A stretch of DNA of 64,000 bases, from positions 22,601 through 86,600 of IMG/VR virus record IMGVR_UViG_3300030109_003951. One strand, written 5' to 3'. Source of the DNA: a virus. This document shows, in pieces, positions 9,696 through 21,302 of this stretch. How positions within the stretch are numbered: position 1 is the stretch's first letter; each line of letters opens with the position of its first letter. The position numbers were made by a program, and so were the translations under genes. The notes beneath the pieces were generated by a model. The model saw only the letters and a list, made by a program, of their open reading frames with translations. It had not been told where the DNA came from and did no database searches.

Positions 9696-10993
9696 GTTTT
9701 GTAGATTTTGAAAATACGGTTAAATCGCTTCGTGCTGAACTTCGAGGAGGTTCAGAAGACGCAGGAGGTTTTTTAAATAAACTTTCTGATAATAGGGCGA
9801 TTGCTGGTTTATCTCGTTTCGATAATAGTGTTGGTCAATTACTTTTTAAATTTAGAGGTCTTGTTGACACTTTTGCATCAGTCAAAGGTAGAATTGGAAG
9901 TGTAATCAATGCCTTCAATGTTTTTTCGAGTGCTAGTGCAAAAGAAAATAAAATAATCCAAGATAAACTTGGTGGTTATAAAAAATTAATACGTGATTTT
10001 AAAAATATAAAAAAAGCACATAAGGAAGGCACTGTTGGTGCGATGGAATATGCTGATGCTATTCAAGGGTTAAAAGATGCTGGAGTTTTAGATAGTAAAG
10101 GAAAACCTACGGGTGGTTTCTTTGGTAATTTAAAAGCATTCATTAAAACTGGATTAAAATTATTCAAGAACTTTTTGATATTTGGAAGTTTACTTGTTAT
10201 TGGGTTTGCTTTATTATTCCCAATACTAAAAGAAAATTTACCAAAAATAAAAGGTTTATTTGCAATAGTAAAAGAAAAATTCAATCAAGTTGTTGATACT
10301 CTCAGACCAGTGTTTGAGGCAATCAAAGTATTTTTCAAAGTGTTACTTGACCCTAACGCTACTTGGATAGAAAAGGTAGGTGCTTATGTTATTGTACTTG
10401 GTAAACTAGCAGAAGCGTTGATTAAATTAGCACTTGCTGCTTTAGCAGGTTTAGCCAAACTATTATTAGCAAGTGTAACAAAACTCTTAGTTCCAATGAT
10501 TGTTGAATTCTTTACAAATATACCTACCTTTTTAGGAAAATTTTATGAAGATTTTTTGAAACCAAAATTAGGCGAACTTCTAGAGGCTTTGAAGGGATTC
10601 GTAGATAAAAACAAAGGAAAAATTAAACAAGTAGGAGGAGGCGCACTTATTGGTGGAGCAGTAGGAGGTATAGTTGGCTCAATCGTCCCAATAATTGGAA
10701 CTGGTGCTGGTGCAGTAATAGGTGGTACTATTGGTGGAGCGATTGCTGCCAGAGCAGATGGTGGCCCAGTTATGGCTGGTAGACCTTACATGGTCGGAGA
10801 ACGAGGCCCAGAATTATTTATGCCAAACTCTAGTGGGATGATAATACCCAATGGTGCAGGAAATACAATCAATGTTCACGTTAATGGTAGAGTTGGTGCA
10901 AGTGACCACGAACTAAGAGACATTGCTAGAAGAGTAGGACAAATGGTTAGTAAAGAAATTAATAGAACTACTAGTTTTGGGGTGAGATTATGA
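9692..10993 (+). CDS. tail tape measure protein
   Basis: Helical and hydrophobic segments, Gly-rich stretch, C-terminal RADGGPV..GRPYMVGERGPELF motif. Confidence 0.85.
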   Translation: MSFVDFENTVKSLRAELRGGSEDAGGFLNKLSDNRAIAGLSRFDNSVGQLLFKFRGLVDTFASVKGRIGSVINAFNVFSSASAKENKIIQDKLGGYKKLIRDFKNIKKAHKEGTVGAMEYADAIQGLKDAGVLDSKGKPTGGFFGNLKAFIKTGLKLFKNFLIFGSLLVIGFALLFPILKENLPKIKGLFAIVKEKFNQVVDTLRPVFEAIKVFFKVLLDPNATWIEKVGAYVIVLGKLAEALIKLALAALAGLAKLLLASVTKLLVPMIVEFFTNIPTFLGKFYEDFLKPKLGELLEALKGFVDKNKGKIKQVGGGALIGGAVGGIVGSIVPIIGTGAGAVIGGTIGGAIAARADGGPVMAGRPYMVGERGPELFMPNSSGMIIPNGAGNTINVHVNGRVGASDHELRDIARRVGQMVSKEINRTTSFGVRL

Positions 10994-11805
10994 GTACAGC
11001 AACACCAAGCGCAGGTCTAAGTGGCCACCATGTATTTTTACAGTTGGCCGCTAGAGAATCGGCTTTTGGTGGAGCAGTAGAAGCCATAGGTAGTGATATG
11101 CAAAACAGAATTGCACTTAAAGCAGATAACATTACAATATCTACTAGTAAAGTAGTTCCTTCTATGCCTATTCCATTTTCTGGTATTGTTACTGGTGAAT
11201 CAACTAATGTTGGTGTAGATTTAGGAATGTGTACAAAAACAATTAGTTTATCTGGGGTGATAACAGAACAAACTATCGTTAAGGCTTATCCATTAAATTC
11301 TATTGATACTGTTACTGCTTCATTAGCAACTGAATTAAATAGAAGTTCTACGCCAGAAAAAACTACATCTACAAATAATAATTTTGATGTTGTGACTGTT
11401 GACATGACAGCACATGAAGTCGCACAACTAATCCATTCTTATGTTGATTCTTCTATGGTTCAACGACAACAAAACCTTAATGAATTAATCATTTTGATTC
11501 CATCTTTTGTATCTAAATATTGGTTGTATCATAACGATACGATTGCAGCAGATGCTACTAGAAATGTCGATAGTGCTGTTATGGTTCCTTTTAGTTTTGC
11601 AGTTAGAGGTGAGGGAAAAGAGGGTGCTAGATTAGATAATTTTATGACCACAGGCACAACTGCTTTCCCAGACGAATTTTCATCTACTGGTAACTCTGCT
11701 GGTTTAACTGGTTTCATTAGAAATTTTTCTACTCCGTTTATAGGTGGACAACCACATGTAGAGTTCAGCATGGATTTTGAAGTGGCTTTTATTCCTATGG
11801 GGTGA
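10990..11805 (+). CDS. distal tail/baseplate protein
   Basis: Follows the tape measure gene; DLG..TKTISLSGVI and terminal FSMDFEV strand. Confidence 0.55.
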   Translation: MSTATPSAGLSGHHVFLQLAARESAFGGAVEAIGSDMQNRIALKADNITISTSKVVPSMPIPFSGIVTGESTNVGVDLGMCTKTISLSGVITEQTIVKAYPLNSIDTVTASLATELNRSSTPEKTTSTNNNFDVVTVDMTAHEVAQLIHSYVDSSMVQRQQNLNELIILIPSFVSKYWLYHNDTIAADATRNVDSAVMVPFSFAVRGEGKEGARLDNFMTTGTTAFPDEFSSTGNSAGLTGFIRNFSTPFIGGQPHVEFSMDFEVAFIPMG

Positions 11806-11821
11806 TATTATTCCAATAAAC

Positions 11822-12997
11822 ATGTACGTTTCAAATAGGAAAGCATTAGTATTTCCTGTGATGTGCAACGGACATATAAAAATTCCAGAAGTTTCTGGAG
11901 AAGGGTTTGGATTATTTGGACATGAAGGTAGTTTTACAATTGAAACTATTATTACCCCATATGATGTAAATGGTTGGGGGTTTGATTTTGAATTACAATC
12001 TAGTGGTATTGCATCTCCTGTGGGCGATGCTGGTGTTTTGTCTAGTAGAAGAACGATGCCTTCTAATTGTGATGGTACACATACCAATTTTGAAGATTTT
12101 TTATACTCTCCTTCTCATGGTGGGACTGGTAACATACAAGTTGGTGGAGTAGATTTACGCTATCTTCAAGAGATGACATTATTTTATAATGGGAATGTTA
12201 GTTTGAGTTTAGTTAACAACACAAACCATAACACAAATCAGCCCGCAGAATATCAAGTTAAATTCCAAGTACACAATAATGGCACAACCAAATCTATAAC
12301 TTCAGACTCAGTGATAACTGCTGACCACACCCATACTGGAACTAAGACCACAAGAGCATATGCAACAACTGATTATAATGAAAATGTGTATGAAGGGGAT
12401 AATAAAATAAGATATAGAAAAGCAGGAACTACAGTAAACGGGGCTACATCAAGTGCTGCTAATTTTACTGCTACTACACAATATAGAGTTTACAAAGGTC
12501 AAAGATTATACACTTTGAGTGGGACTACGTTCACTTCTATTGGAACTGTAACTGGGATAAGTGGCACAACAATTACTATGAGTCAATCTAACTCTTTATC
12601 AGATACAGCAGTTCTTTATACTGATGCTTACAAAGAAGCATTTTACATGTTTAACTCATTTCATATAGCAGCAGTTTACAATGATATGACTAAAGTTATG
12701 ACATTATATGTCAATGGCAAAAAAGTAAAAAGAGACGTTATTAATGTTAGTGGTGTTTTTTCATTTCAACAGGCAGATAGTTATATTGGACAAGTTCCTG
12801 CGACTGGATTAGGTAATCTTAACAACACTATTGGCCCAACTGGTTATCAATTTGGGACACCCACACAATTTATGGGAGAATTACATGAGTTTGCTATATT
12901 GAATGATTCTAAAGAACATTTTGATGTTGTTGATACTTTGGCTCCTAGTATTAGAAGTGTATTATTATATTATAGATTTGAGGAGGCGAACTTGTAA
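11822..12997 (+). CDS. LamG/concanavalin-A-like tail protein
   Basis: FTIETII, FHIAAVYN, MTLYVNG, YIG, FMGELHEFAI, LLYYRFEE; start uncertain. Confidence 0.75.
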   Translation: MYVSNRKALVFPVMCNGHIKIPEVSGEGFGLFGHEGSFTIETIITPYDVNGWGFDFELQSSGIASPVGDAGVLSSRRTMPSNCDGTHTNFEDFLYSPSHGGTGNIQVGGVDLRYLQEMTLFYNGNVSLSLVNNTNHNTNQPAEYQVKFQVHNNGTTKSITSDSVITADHTHTGTKTTRAYATTDYNENVYEGDNKIRYRKAGTTVNGATSSAANFTATTQYRVYKGQRLYTLSGTTFTSIGTVTGISGTTITMSQSNSLSDTAVLYTDAYKEAFYMFNSFHIAAVYNDMTKVMTLYVNGKKVKRDVINVSGVFSFQQADSYIGQVPATGLGNLNNTIGPTGYQFGTPTQFMGELHEFAILNDSKEHFDVVDTLAPSIRSVLLYYRFEEANL

Positions 12998-15900
12998 TGG
13001 CTGGTGTAGGGTTATATCAATTGACTGTTATGAAAGAAGGCTCAACTCCTATGACAACTATAACAGGGTCTAATATTCAATTTTCTGTTCCTACAAACCC
13101 ATTATTAAAAGATAAAAATAGTTTTGCTGTATCTAGTTTTAAATTAGTTTGTTATGAGATTTATAATAGTGCCACTGCACCTACTGCTTCTGGTACATCG
13201 TCTAGTGCTAATGGTGTTTCTAATTCCGATGGTTCGTCAGATGCGACTTTATCTGGTTTAGTAAACAAAGCATATCCAACAGGTATTACTGGTGTGGCAA
13301 TAAACAATGGTGGTGGCTATAGCACTAGCAATGACACTTTTACTGTCGATGGTAGAGATGCAACTTTATATTTTTCAGAAGGCGATGAGGTTTTTGATGA
13401 TGGTGGAAATCTAATAGGAACAATCAACGCTGTTACTTCTACCTCCATTGAACTTAAAGCCAACGCATTAGTTGCTGTTTCAGATGATGAAGTTCTTAGA
13501 AGTAATGCTTCTGATAGTTTTGATGATTATTTATCAAACTTAGGAAGAACAAAACCGTACAGGCTTAGGGTGTTTGATGCGGAACGAGCAATAGGGCAAG
13601 AAATGTCTACTCTAAATACTAACATTGCAACTAATGATTTTTTTGTTGTAATTCATGCAGATAATGCTAACTTACACCATGTAGCCAAAATAACAAATGT
13701 GATAGCCTCTGATGGTGGAACACATGATTTTATTGAGTTTGACCCGCCAATGGCAGCAGATATTCCTATTAATACTAAATTTTCAATTTACAAAGGCCCA
13801 CTAAAAACAAGAACGGATGCTGTTGCAGTTGCTTATGGGTTATTAAATACTGAAACTAATTTCGATAGTAGCGGAGATGGTTCTGATGATATTACTGTAA
13901 ATAAACACATTGAATATACTTATGTGGCTGCCCCTAATTTTTACTTTTATAATGATAGGTTGAGAAAAGATGACCAATTAGACCATGACACTAAATATGC
14001 GATAAGAAGAACTATTCTCAAAAGTGATAATAGTGAAGACCATAGTGTTTCTATTTTTACTACTAAATCGGAATTTGGTAAATTTATATCTGATACAGGA
14101 GAATATAATCATCATGGTCTTTTAGTGGATAATCTTAGGACAGCAGATGAAGTAACTTTAACTGTTGCGGGTCAAACAATTACACAAGATAATGTTACAG
14201 CATATAGAAGATATGTTGACGATAATGATGGTGACGCAACTCCTTTTGGTTTATCTAGCAAAACAGTTTCTTATGACCCAGATACTACTGTTTGGGCAGA
14301 TTTTGCTCTTAATATATCTAGGGAAAGAAGTGGTAAAATTACTACTGCTTTTGGAGATGGGCCAAAACGATATTTGTATTATGATGATAGCGCAATCAAA
14401 AATGAAATTATCCCAAGAGTCATGGATGTTCAATTTTCAGATTCAATTACGGATGCGGGTTCATACGCTGAAATTAAAATAGCAGATACTCAAAACATAA
14501 TGGCAAAAAAAATAAAAATATATGACCCTATAGAATTAAAACAACTTGTAAGTAGAGGAGAAATAACTCATTTAGAAAATTCTAAATTATTTGGTACTAT
14601 TACTTCTCAATCTTCTGGTGATACGGTTTTGGTTTTTGACGGTTTAGAAGAAGGGCAAGATTTGAGAACTTTACTTGCATTTGGTAGTCTGTTTGAAACA
14701 ATTAGAATAAATTCACATCGTTATAGAATAAGTGCCATTGGTGCCCCTTCTAATGGCTCGCAACAAGTTACAATTTCACATCATAGAGCATCCGATGCTT
14801 CTAGTTTTTCTTCTGGAGGACTTCAAGAAAATTTAACTTCTGCCGTAGCGCATAGAAGAACTTGGTCAAAATTAACCTCTACTCTCATGGTAGATTTCAC
14901 AATAGATACTCAAATAAGTTATAATTCACTTCCTTTATCTGCTGATATAGTTATAGGGAGTGATACGCTTTCATATAATGGTGTAGCACTTACTGACTTT
15001 TCTGAATCTAGAATTAATGGTTTAGAATTGACATTACTGGGCAACAATAATTTTAGGGGACAAAGAGTAAAAGTAAAATATGGAGATGCTAAAAATGGCT
15101 ATGTTAAGTTGCAAGATTTTACTAGAAGTCATTATTCTACCTTATCTCAAGGCACAGGCTTAACTACTAATAACATGGTACAAGGTTATTTTCCTGTAGA
15201 TGTTATGACTAATATTGCAGGAGTTACAACGTATCAATCAGCAGTAAATTTAACAGATACTTCACTAAAAACTCCTAGTTTATTAGATTATTTTTCTGGT
15301 GGTTTTGTAGTAGAAAAAACAATATTCAAAGGTAAAGTAGAAACTTTAGAAGAAAAAACAGAATTTGGTGGAAGTCAAATTTTAAATATAACTGGTAGAA
15401 GTGATATTTCTAAATTGTTAAATCCTGTATTAAATAAAGGTTTTAAGTTTTCAGAGGACTGGGTTTATTCTACTTTATCTCCTTACCAAGAAATAACCGA
15501 CAGTACTAAGAATACAGCAGAAACAGTAGAAATAGGTGAAGTGGCTATTGATGCAAGTGCAAGTGGTATTCTCACTGGAGATATTATTTTTAATAGTAGT
15601 GGGAGATTCATGGGTGTTTGCGGAGATAGTGGAAGCACTTTTAAATTAGAAGACGGTAGTTTATCTTATTCTGGTAATAGTAAAGATATATTTAAGTCAA
15701 CATATAATTTATTAGATTCTAATATTACTGGTTCTAGTGCTTCTAGTAGTTCAAATCATATACTATTTGGTAAAGCAATAACTTCTAATCCCTTATTAAT
15801 TAATACACCTACACCATTGAAAGGGGTATCAGATAAGGGATTTTTCTTCACTGGTGGTAATAGGTTAACATTTAAAATTACTTCTGAGTTATTGGATTCT

Positions 15901-18900
15901 ACAGAAGGCTCAACTCTTATTGGTACTAGTTCTTCCTCAGATGGTAGGGCTAGAGGATATTTCTTAGATGAAATTAGAGATGTTGGAGATTTAGATATTG
16001 GTTTTTATGCAAAGGCAAGAGATGAAGGAATACACACAATAAATTCTTTATCACATTACACTGTTGTAAATATAGAAAGTGGAGAAGGTGAAGTGGCTAT
16101 TGAATTAGCCCCTAATTGTCCTGCCATTCTAGCAAGAGTAGATAGGAATGCAAACGATATAAGATTTGAAACTGTAACTGTAACCACTACACAAATAGAT
16201 GCTGCTAGTGATGATGATAGTTCTCAAACTTTTTTTGATGGTACTACTTATGCAGTAGGGCATAGAAACTCAATAACAGTAGATACTGGTAGTCCTAACG
16301 TCAATATTGGTGAAGGAAACCCTGTTTACAAAAGTGATGGAACATTCGTAGGTATTATTTGGAAAATTCTTGCCGTCACTGGGGCCACTACTCCAAGTGA
16401 ATGGCAAGTTCTTTTTTATTCGGCTCTACCAGTTAGTTTAACTGAAAATGAACAATTGTATGTTTGTAATACTAAATATACACATGGAATGTATTTTATA
16501 AATACTCAAGGATTAAATGATGGGGGTTTATTAATGCACGTCCATCCAAGTTTAGGTAACAGTAGAAAACCAATAAGATTTACTGGTAATTTTACAACTG
16601 CATATAAATCCATAACCCCGACAATAGAAAATAAGTCAACCAGTGACAGATATGGTGAGCCAATATATCGTTATATTGATTTACAAAGAGGTACAAAAGG
16701 CGGTCTTAGGAGAACTACTAATAATAGAGTAACAGGTCAAAAACATTTAGAGTATAAAGTGCAAAGTGGAAATATTCATGCTTATGCTCCAGCGTTTAAA
16801 GCAAAACAAGGAATAGTTGGGACTTTCCACCAACCTGTCCCCATCACAAAAGATAGTAAATCTGACGACTTTAATGGTGGTGGGATAGGCAGACCAGAAT
16901 CTAGAGGAGTTGGGCCAGCACATGGTAGTAATACATTAGACGAATCTATAAAAAATAAAGGGTATTCCCATTTTAGTAGAATTGCAAAAATAGCAGCCGT
17001 TTCTGGAAATGCTTGGGCAATAGATGCTGCTACAGGAACAGGCTTTGGTGACGGTGCGTCACATGGAGCAAGTGTAACAAATATTTACGGCAAAGTAGAT
17101 AATTGGAGATGGGGAAATCCTTTAGAAAAATTAAAAAATATAGTAGAAAGATTAGACCCTAAAACTATAAGTTATCATTTATTTTCCCCTTGTGATTTAT
17201 TTCCAGAATCCATGTCTAGACCAAATCATTTAGGATATGCTGCTAGAGATTTAACTGATTATAATTTAGTATTACACGATAGGGGGGCTTATAGAAGGTC
17301 TGATGTATTACATGAAAGTTATGCAGGTTCATTATCTTCACATGAAATGACAGACGAATCTTTTGAAACTGTACCAATTACTTCATCTTCTATTACTGGC
17401 GACCAAATTAAAAGATTTGGTTTGATGAGATTAATTGAATTAACATTTGATTGGCATTTTAATGTAATTGATGCTGAGAACCCTCCCGAAGATGATACTA
17501 GTATAGATGGTGATGATGAATACCAATTTTTCCCATCAAGGGCTATGAATACTTATACTCCTGCTGGTTCTTATAAAATCACAAGTTGGGATAGTATCAC
17601 AGTTGCTAATGTTCAAAAATATACTAGTGGTTCTTGGGGTACTCCTAATGAAGCGACTATTGATGCTGATTTTGCAAATCAAACTAATGAAGCGGGCGCA
17701 GGTATTCTTTATACTGAGACTGGGGATTTAATTGGGTATGTTGGTAGCAGTGGGTCAGCATCTTCCGCAGACGGCAAATTGACAATAACAGGAGGAGGAA
17801 GTCCTGTAACTCAATTTCCAACAGGTTCAGATTCATTATATACTGGGGTTGTTTTTCAATTTAGACATATAAAAACTAATATAAATCAAGGTAAATTTAG
17901 TAATGTTCTAAGAGGGGTAGGAGAAGCAGACTCTACTGTAGCCACAAGTACATCCAAATATCATCAATTAAAAGGTGCAGTATTTTCTGGAAGATATTTT
18001 GGTGGTGCAAATTATGATGACAATGCCAAAGATACCACTCTCAATTTTAGTACGGCTTCTGGTTCTATTGGGTTTGCTAAAACAGGAGATAACGCAACCA
18101 CAATACAATCTGAATTTGCTACAGGTAGTTTCACTGGAAATCCTGCTTCAACAGGCAGTGGGGTAATAACAAATATTAGTATAAACACATCTAATTTAGC
18201 AGTAGGAGATTATGTTTTTAGTAGTGAAGTTTCTGGAGCAATCGCTAGTATAGATGCTTCTGACGAAATTACTCTTGATGTTAATAACACTGGAACTACT
18301 GCTGGCCAAACAATTTTTTATGTTAGAGATGATAATTTAGCACTATTAAGATTGCCTCCAGTATTTGATAATATAAGTGGCACTTGGACTGGAAATCCGT
18401 TTTTGTTTGAAGACCCAGACAGTGTATATGCAACTCAAACTCATCATGCTCAAGGAGATATGTTTTTTACTTCTAGAGTTATGTATTATTTATCACAAGG
18501 TCTTCATATTTATAGGGGAACTAAAGCCGTTGTTCTTGATAGATTTAGTATTGAAGATACTACCTCTGAAACATTATCTAAAGGGATGGTTTTCCCTGTC
18601 TCTGATATGTTTTACAAACATTATCAAAGTGGTTCAAGCAACCAACACGTAGAACTTTTTTTAAAAATGTCTAGTAAGAAATTCCAGTCTAATGCTTCTG
18701 ATGCTACAGAATATCCCACTACTGGCCCATACATACAATTCGCTAACAAAAATTCTAATGGAGTAGTTAATACTAATGTTACAACTGAAAATGCTGCTAA
18801 TAATGTTGGGGATGGGGCGAAAGTTGTATTCAAACCTTTATTACATTTAAATCAAGGAGGGTATAGTAGCGATACTCCTGTACAAAATGAATTTTGTGTT

Positions 18901-20886
18901 ATTGATTTTGGTGAAGACGATGGTGATGATATTCTACCAAGTGGGTATTCTACTTCTGCAAACACTGGCTCTGTAGGAAAAATTACTATCACTTTAGATG
19001 GTTCTACAGGGGATGCTGATGAAAACAGTTGGCTATTGTTCTCTCCCAATTTAACTGGGTATTACTTAGTTTCAACAGAAGGTTATGACCAAGACGGGAA
19101 TAGAAATTCCAATGATAATGCTGCTTACCCTACTGGTACTTGGAGTAATGGCACTGCTAATGCTGATAACGCTCATTTACCTTTTTTGGCAAGTCCAGAA
19201 GGATTAATCCCAAAACATATAATGCATGTTATCAGTCATGAAATTGTATTAGGTAATGAGTCTGATGGAGATGCAGGAACAGCAGGTAACGATGGTACGC
19301 CATATAACACAACACAAAAACACATATTGATAGTAGATAATTTAAACACAAGTTCTACTTTTATTTCTAATTATTATATGATTATGAGGCCAGCAGAAAC
19401 TTGTATATATCCTAATACCCCTCATAATAAAATTGATTTATACAAGTGTAGTTCTAAATATACAAAACAAGCATACAGTGACGAAATGTATTCGACTACT
19501 GCTCACATAAATATTTGGAACGGAGAAAATGTTGGAGGATTTAAAAACCGAATCGGATTTAATGAGGCAGTTCAATCTATGTACGTTTTAGTAAATACTG
19601 ATTCAACATCTAGTGATATTCAATTAGTTCCTAGAGGTGTCGAAAACATCGCTAATACAGGCTCAACATATGGAACATCTAGCCCGACCTTTAATTATTA
19701 TTCTACACTGTTTGGAAAAGACAAAAGATTTGAAGACGGTATTTCTTATGACGTGTTGTTAAATGATGGCGATGTTAATGAAAGAAAACAAATGGGTGTA
19801 TCTGTTAGTGCTATTGCTAATGAGTTAAAATGTAGATTAAATTTCGGTTCTAAATTTTCTAATAAAATGGCAGGTATAGTTTCTGTTGGGGAAATATTTA
19901 CAGTAAAAACCCCATTACCCTCTAAAATAAGAAACCCAGTCAAAGCAAATATTGCATCTACAGTTACTATTGCATCTGAGGCAGAAGATATAGTTAAAAA
20001 TATAATGAAAACACATGATATTGATTTTACAGAAACGGCTTTAGAATATCCTTATTTCACAGGGCCAGAATTTAATGGCACTGATTTATATAATTCTATA
20101 AAATATTTATTAGACTTTAAAGATAAAAGGTTGATTGTAAAGCCTAGCGGTATTACTTTAAGACCAGATACTTCTGATTTAGATTATTCTCCAATAAGAA
20201 TATCAGAAAAAGATAGCACAGTTCAAGTAATAGATGTCCATAAAGAAGATTCACGTTACGATTTTTATAACGAAATAATAGTATATGGTAGAGATGTAAA
20301 ATCAATTAGAAGATTAAATAGAAGTGTAAAAGAGATAGGAAGAAAAACATTAGAACATGTGGACGAAACCATAGTTACTCAAACCGAGGCGGATTCTAAA
20401 GCATTAAAATTATTAAATTTACATAGTAAAAGTACTTTTAGGATAACTGTAAAAATACCAATAACTAATGTCGAATTACTTAGAGTTGGTGACATTATTA
20501 CTATGCATTTCCCGAATAAAAATATACCCAATGGGGAATATTTAATTTTTGAAATAAGATATAATAATATGGGTATTATGGAATTAGAAGTTGGCGCATA
20601 CAATAAAGGTTTAACAGATAGCATCGCTGAACTTATGGTCAAAAATAAAAAGACTCTTTCGTTCTTGAGGTCAACCAGATTTAAGGCTGTAGACGAAAGT
20701 TCTAACTTTTTTGATACTGTTAAAATTAGAGATATTAAGTTAACAGTTAGTAAAACTGGGGTGTTTGGAACCCCATTTACCATTGGATTTAATTATGCAG
20801 TTAATGTAGCGAGTAACAGCGTGGGATTCAACCCAAGTTTAGGTTCAGTTGGTACAGAGATAATTTTAGAGGAGGAACTAGTATGA
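12997..20886 (+). CDS. giant tail-tip/hub (host recognition) protein
   Basis: 2629 aa, beta-rich; hub-like IFKGKVE..ITGR and C-terminal YNEIIVYG...LRVGDII...YLIFEI segments. Confidence 0.75.
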   Translation: MAGVGLYQLTVMKEGSTPMTTITGSNIQFSVPTNPLLKDKNSFAVSSFKLVCYEIYNSATAPTASGTSSSANGVSNSDGSSDATLSGLVNKAYPTGITGVAINNGGGYSTSNDTFTVDGRDATLYFSEGDEVFDDGGNLIGTINAVTSTSIELKANALVAVSDDEVLRSNASDSFDDYLSNLGRTKPYRLRVFDAERAIGQEMSTLNTNIATNDFFVVIHADNANLHHVAKITNVIASDGGTHDFIEFDPPMAADIPINTKFSIYKGPLKTRTDAVAVAYGLLNTETNFDSSGDGSDDITVNKHIEYTYVAAPNFYFYNDRLRKDDQLDHDTKYAIRRTILKSDNSEDHSVSIFTTKSEFGKFISDTGEYNHHGLLVDNLRTADEVTLTVAGQTITQDNVTAYRRYVDDNDGDATPFGLSSKTVSYDPDTTVWADFALNISRERSGKITTAFGDGPKRYLYYDDSAIKNEIIPRVMDVQFSDSITDAGSYAEIKIADTQNIMAKKIKIYDPIELKQLVSRGEITHLENSKLFGTITSQSSGDTVLVFDGLEEGQDLRTLLAFGSLFETIRINSHRYRISAIGAPSNGSQQVTISHHRASDASSFSSGGLQENLTSAVAHRRTWSKLTSTLMVDFTIDTQISYNSLPLSADIVIGSDTLSYNGVALTDFSESRINGLELTLLGNNNFRGQRVKVKYGDAKNGYVKLQDFTRSHYSTLSQGTGLTTNNMVQGYFPVDVMTNIAGVTTYQSAVNLTDTSLKTPSLLDYFSGGFVVEKTIFKGKVETLEEKTEFGGSQILNITGRSDISKLLNPVLNKGFKFSEDWVYSTLSPYQEITDSTKNTAETVEIGEVAIDASASGILTGDIIFNSSGRFMGVCGDSGSTFKLEDGSLSYSGNSKDIFKSTYNLLDSNITGSSASSSSNHILFGKAITSNPLLINTPTPLKGVSDKGFFFTGGNRLTFKITSELLDSTEGSTLIGTSSSSDGRARGYFLDEIRDVGDLDIGFYAKARDEGIHTINSLSHYTVVNIESGEGEVAIELAPNCPAILARVDRNANDIRFETVTVTTTQIDAASDDDSSQTFFDGTTYAVGHRNSITVDTGSPNVNIGEGNPVYKSDGTFVGIIWKILAVTGATTPSEWQVLFYSALPVSLTENEQLYVCNTKYTHGMYFINTQGLNDGGLLMHVHPSLGNSRKPIRFTGNFTTAYKSITPTIENKSTSDRYGEPIYRYIDLQRGTKGGLRRTTNNRVTGQKHLEYKVQSGNIHAYAPAFKAKQGIVGTFHQPVPITKDSKSDDFNGGGIGRPESRGVGPAHGSNTLDESIKNKGYSHFSRIAKIAAVSGNAWAIDAATGTGFGDGASHGASVTNIYGKVDNWRWGNPLEKLKNIVERLDPKTISYHLFSPCDLFPESMSRPNHLGYAARDLTDYNLVLHDRGAYRRSDVLHESYAGSLSSHEMTDESFETVPITSSSITGDQIKRFGLMRLIELTFDWHFNVIDAENPPEDDTSIDGDDEYQFFPSRAMNTYTPAGSYKITSWDSITVANVQKYTSGSWGTPNEATIDADFANQTNEAGAGILYTETGDLIGYVGSSGSASSADGKLTITGGGSPVTQFPTGSDSLYTGVVFQFRHIKTNINQGKFSNVLRGVGEADSTVATSTSKYHQLKGAVFSGRYFGGANYDDNAKDTTLNFSTASGSIGFAKTGDNATTIQSEFATGSFTGNPASTGSGVITNISINTSNLAVGDYVFSSEVSGAIASIDASDEITLDVNNTGTTAGQTIFYVRDDNLALLRLPPVFDNISGTWTGNPFLFEDPDSVYATQTHHAQGDMFFTSRVMYYLSQGLHIYRGTKAVVLDRFSIEDTTSETLSKGMVFPVSDMFYKHYQSGSSNQHVELFLKMSSKKFQSNASDATEYPTTGPYIQFANKNSNGVVNTNVTTENAANNVGDGAKVVFKPLLHLNQGGYSSDTPVQNEFCVIDFGEDDGDDILPSGYSTSANTGSVGKITITLDGSTGDADENSWLLFSPNLTGYYLVSTEGYDQDGNRNSNDNAAYPTGTWSNGTANADNAHLPFLASPEGLIPKHIMHVISHEIVLGNESDGDAGTAGNDGTPYNTTQKHILIVDNLNTSSTFISNYYMIMRPAETCIYPNTPHNKIDLYKCSSKYTKQAYSDEMYSTTAHINIWNGENVGGFKNRIGFNEAVQSMYVLVNTDSTSSDIQLVPRGVENIANTGSTYGTSSPTFNYYSTLFGKDKRFEDGISYDVLLNDGDVNERKQMGVSVSAIANELKCRLNFGSKFSNKMAGIVSVGEIFTVKTPLPSKIRNPVKANIASTVTIASEAEDIVKNIMKTHDIDFTETALEYPYFTGPEFNGTDLYNSIKYLLDFKDKRLIVKPSGITLRPDTSDLDYSPIRISEKDSTVQVIDVHKEDSRYDFYNEIIVYGRDVKSIRRLNRSVKEIGRKTLEHVDETIVTQTEADSKALKLLNLHSKSTFRITVKIPITNVELLRVGDIITMHFPNKNIPNGEYLIFEIRYNNMGIMELEVGAYNKGLTDSIAELMVKNKKTLSFLRSTRFKAVDESSNFFDTVKIRDIKLTVSKTGVFGTPFTIGFNYAVNVASNSVGFNPSLGSVGTEIILEEELV

Positions 20887-21302
20887 TAACAGAAGAGGCA
20901 AAGAAAAAAATTAATTTGTTTTTACAAAATTTTTTTACAACGGGTAATGTAGGAACTGGTAGCGATTCAACTAATCCGAATTCAAATAGTTTAGATGTCC
21001 CTATATTAGCATCTAATAGTAGTTTGACGGTTACAAATACTGGTGATACTAGCACAGATTTTAAAATGGTAGTTTTAGGTAGTCAATTGTCAGCAAGTGT
21101 TGTTAGAGAGTTTGGTATATTTGGTACGTTGCCCCAAGATGATGCATTTGATGAAATGTATGGTGGTACTTCTAATCCTGCAACTGATGGTAGTAATTAT
21201 GCATCAGAAACTACTATGTTATCTAGATTATCTTTTGAAGGTTTAGGCCCATTTAATAATTCAGATGAAATAACATTTACACTTTCAGTGGAGGTAGAAT
21301 AA
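20883..21302 (+). CDS. baseplate/tail-fibre attachment protein
   Basis: VGTG..., VREFGIF, MLSR..F, ITFTL pattern; coupled to both neighbours. Confidence 0.6.
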   Translation: MITEEAKKKINLFLQNFFTTGNVGTGSDSTNPNSNSLDVPILASNSSLTVTNTGDTSTDFKMVVLGSQLSASVVREFGIFGTLPQDDAFDEMYGGTSNPATDGSNYASETTMLSRLSFEGLGPFNNSDEITFTLSVEVE

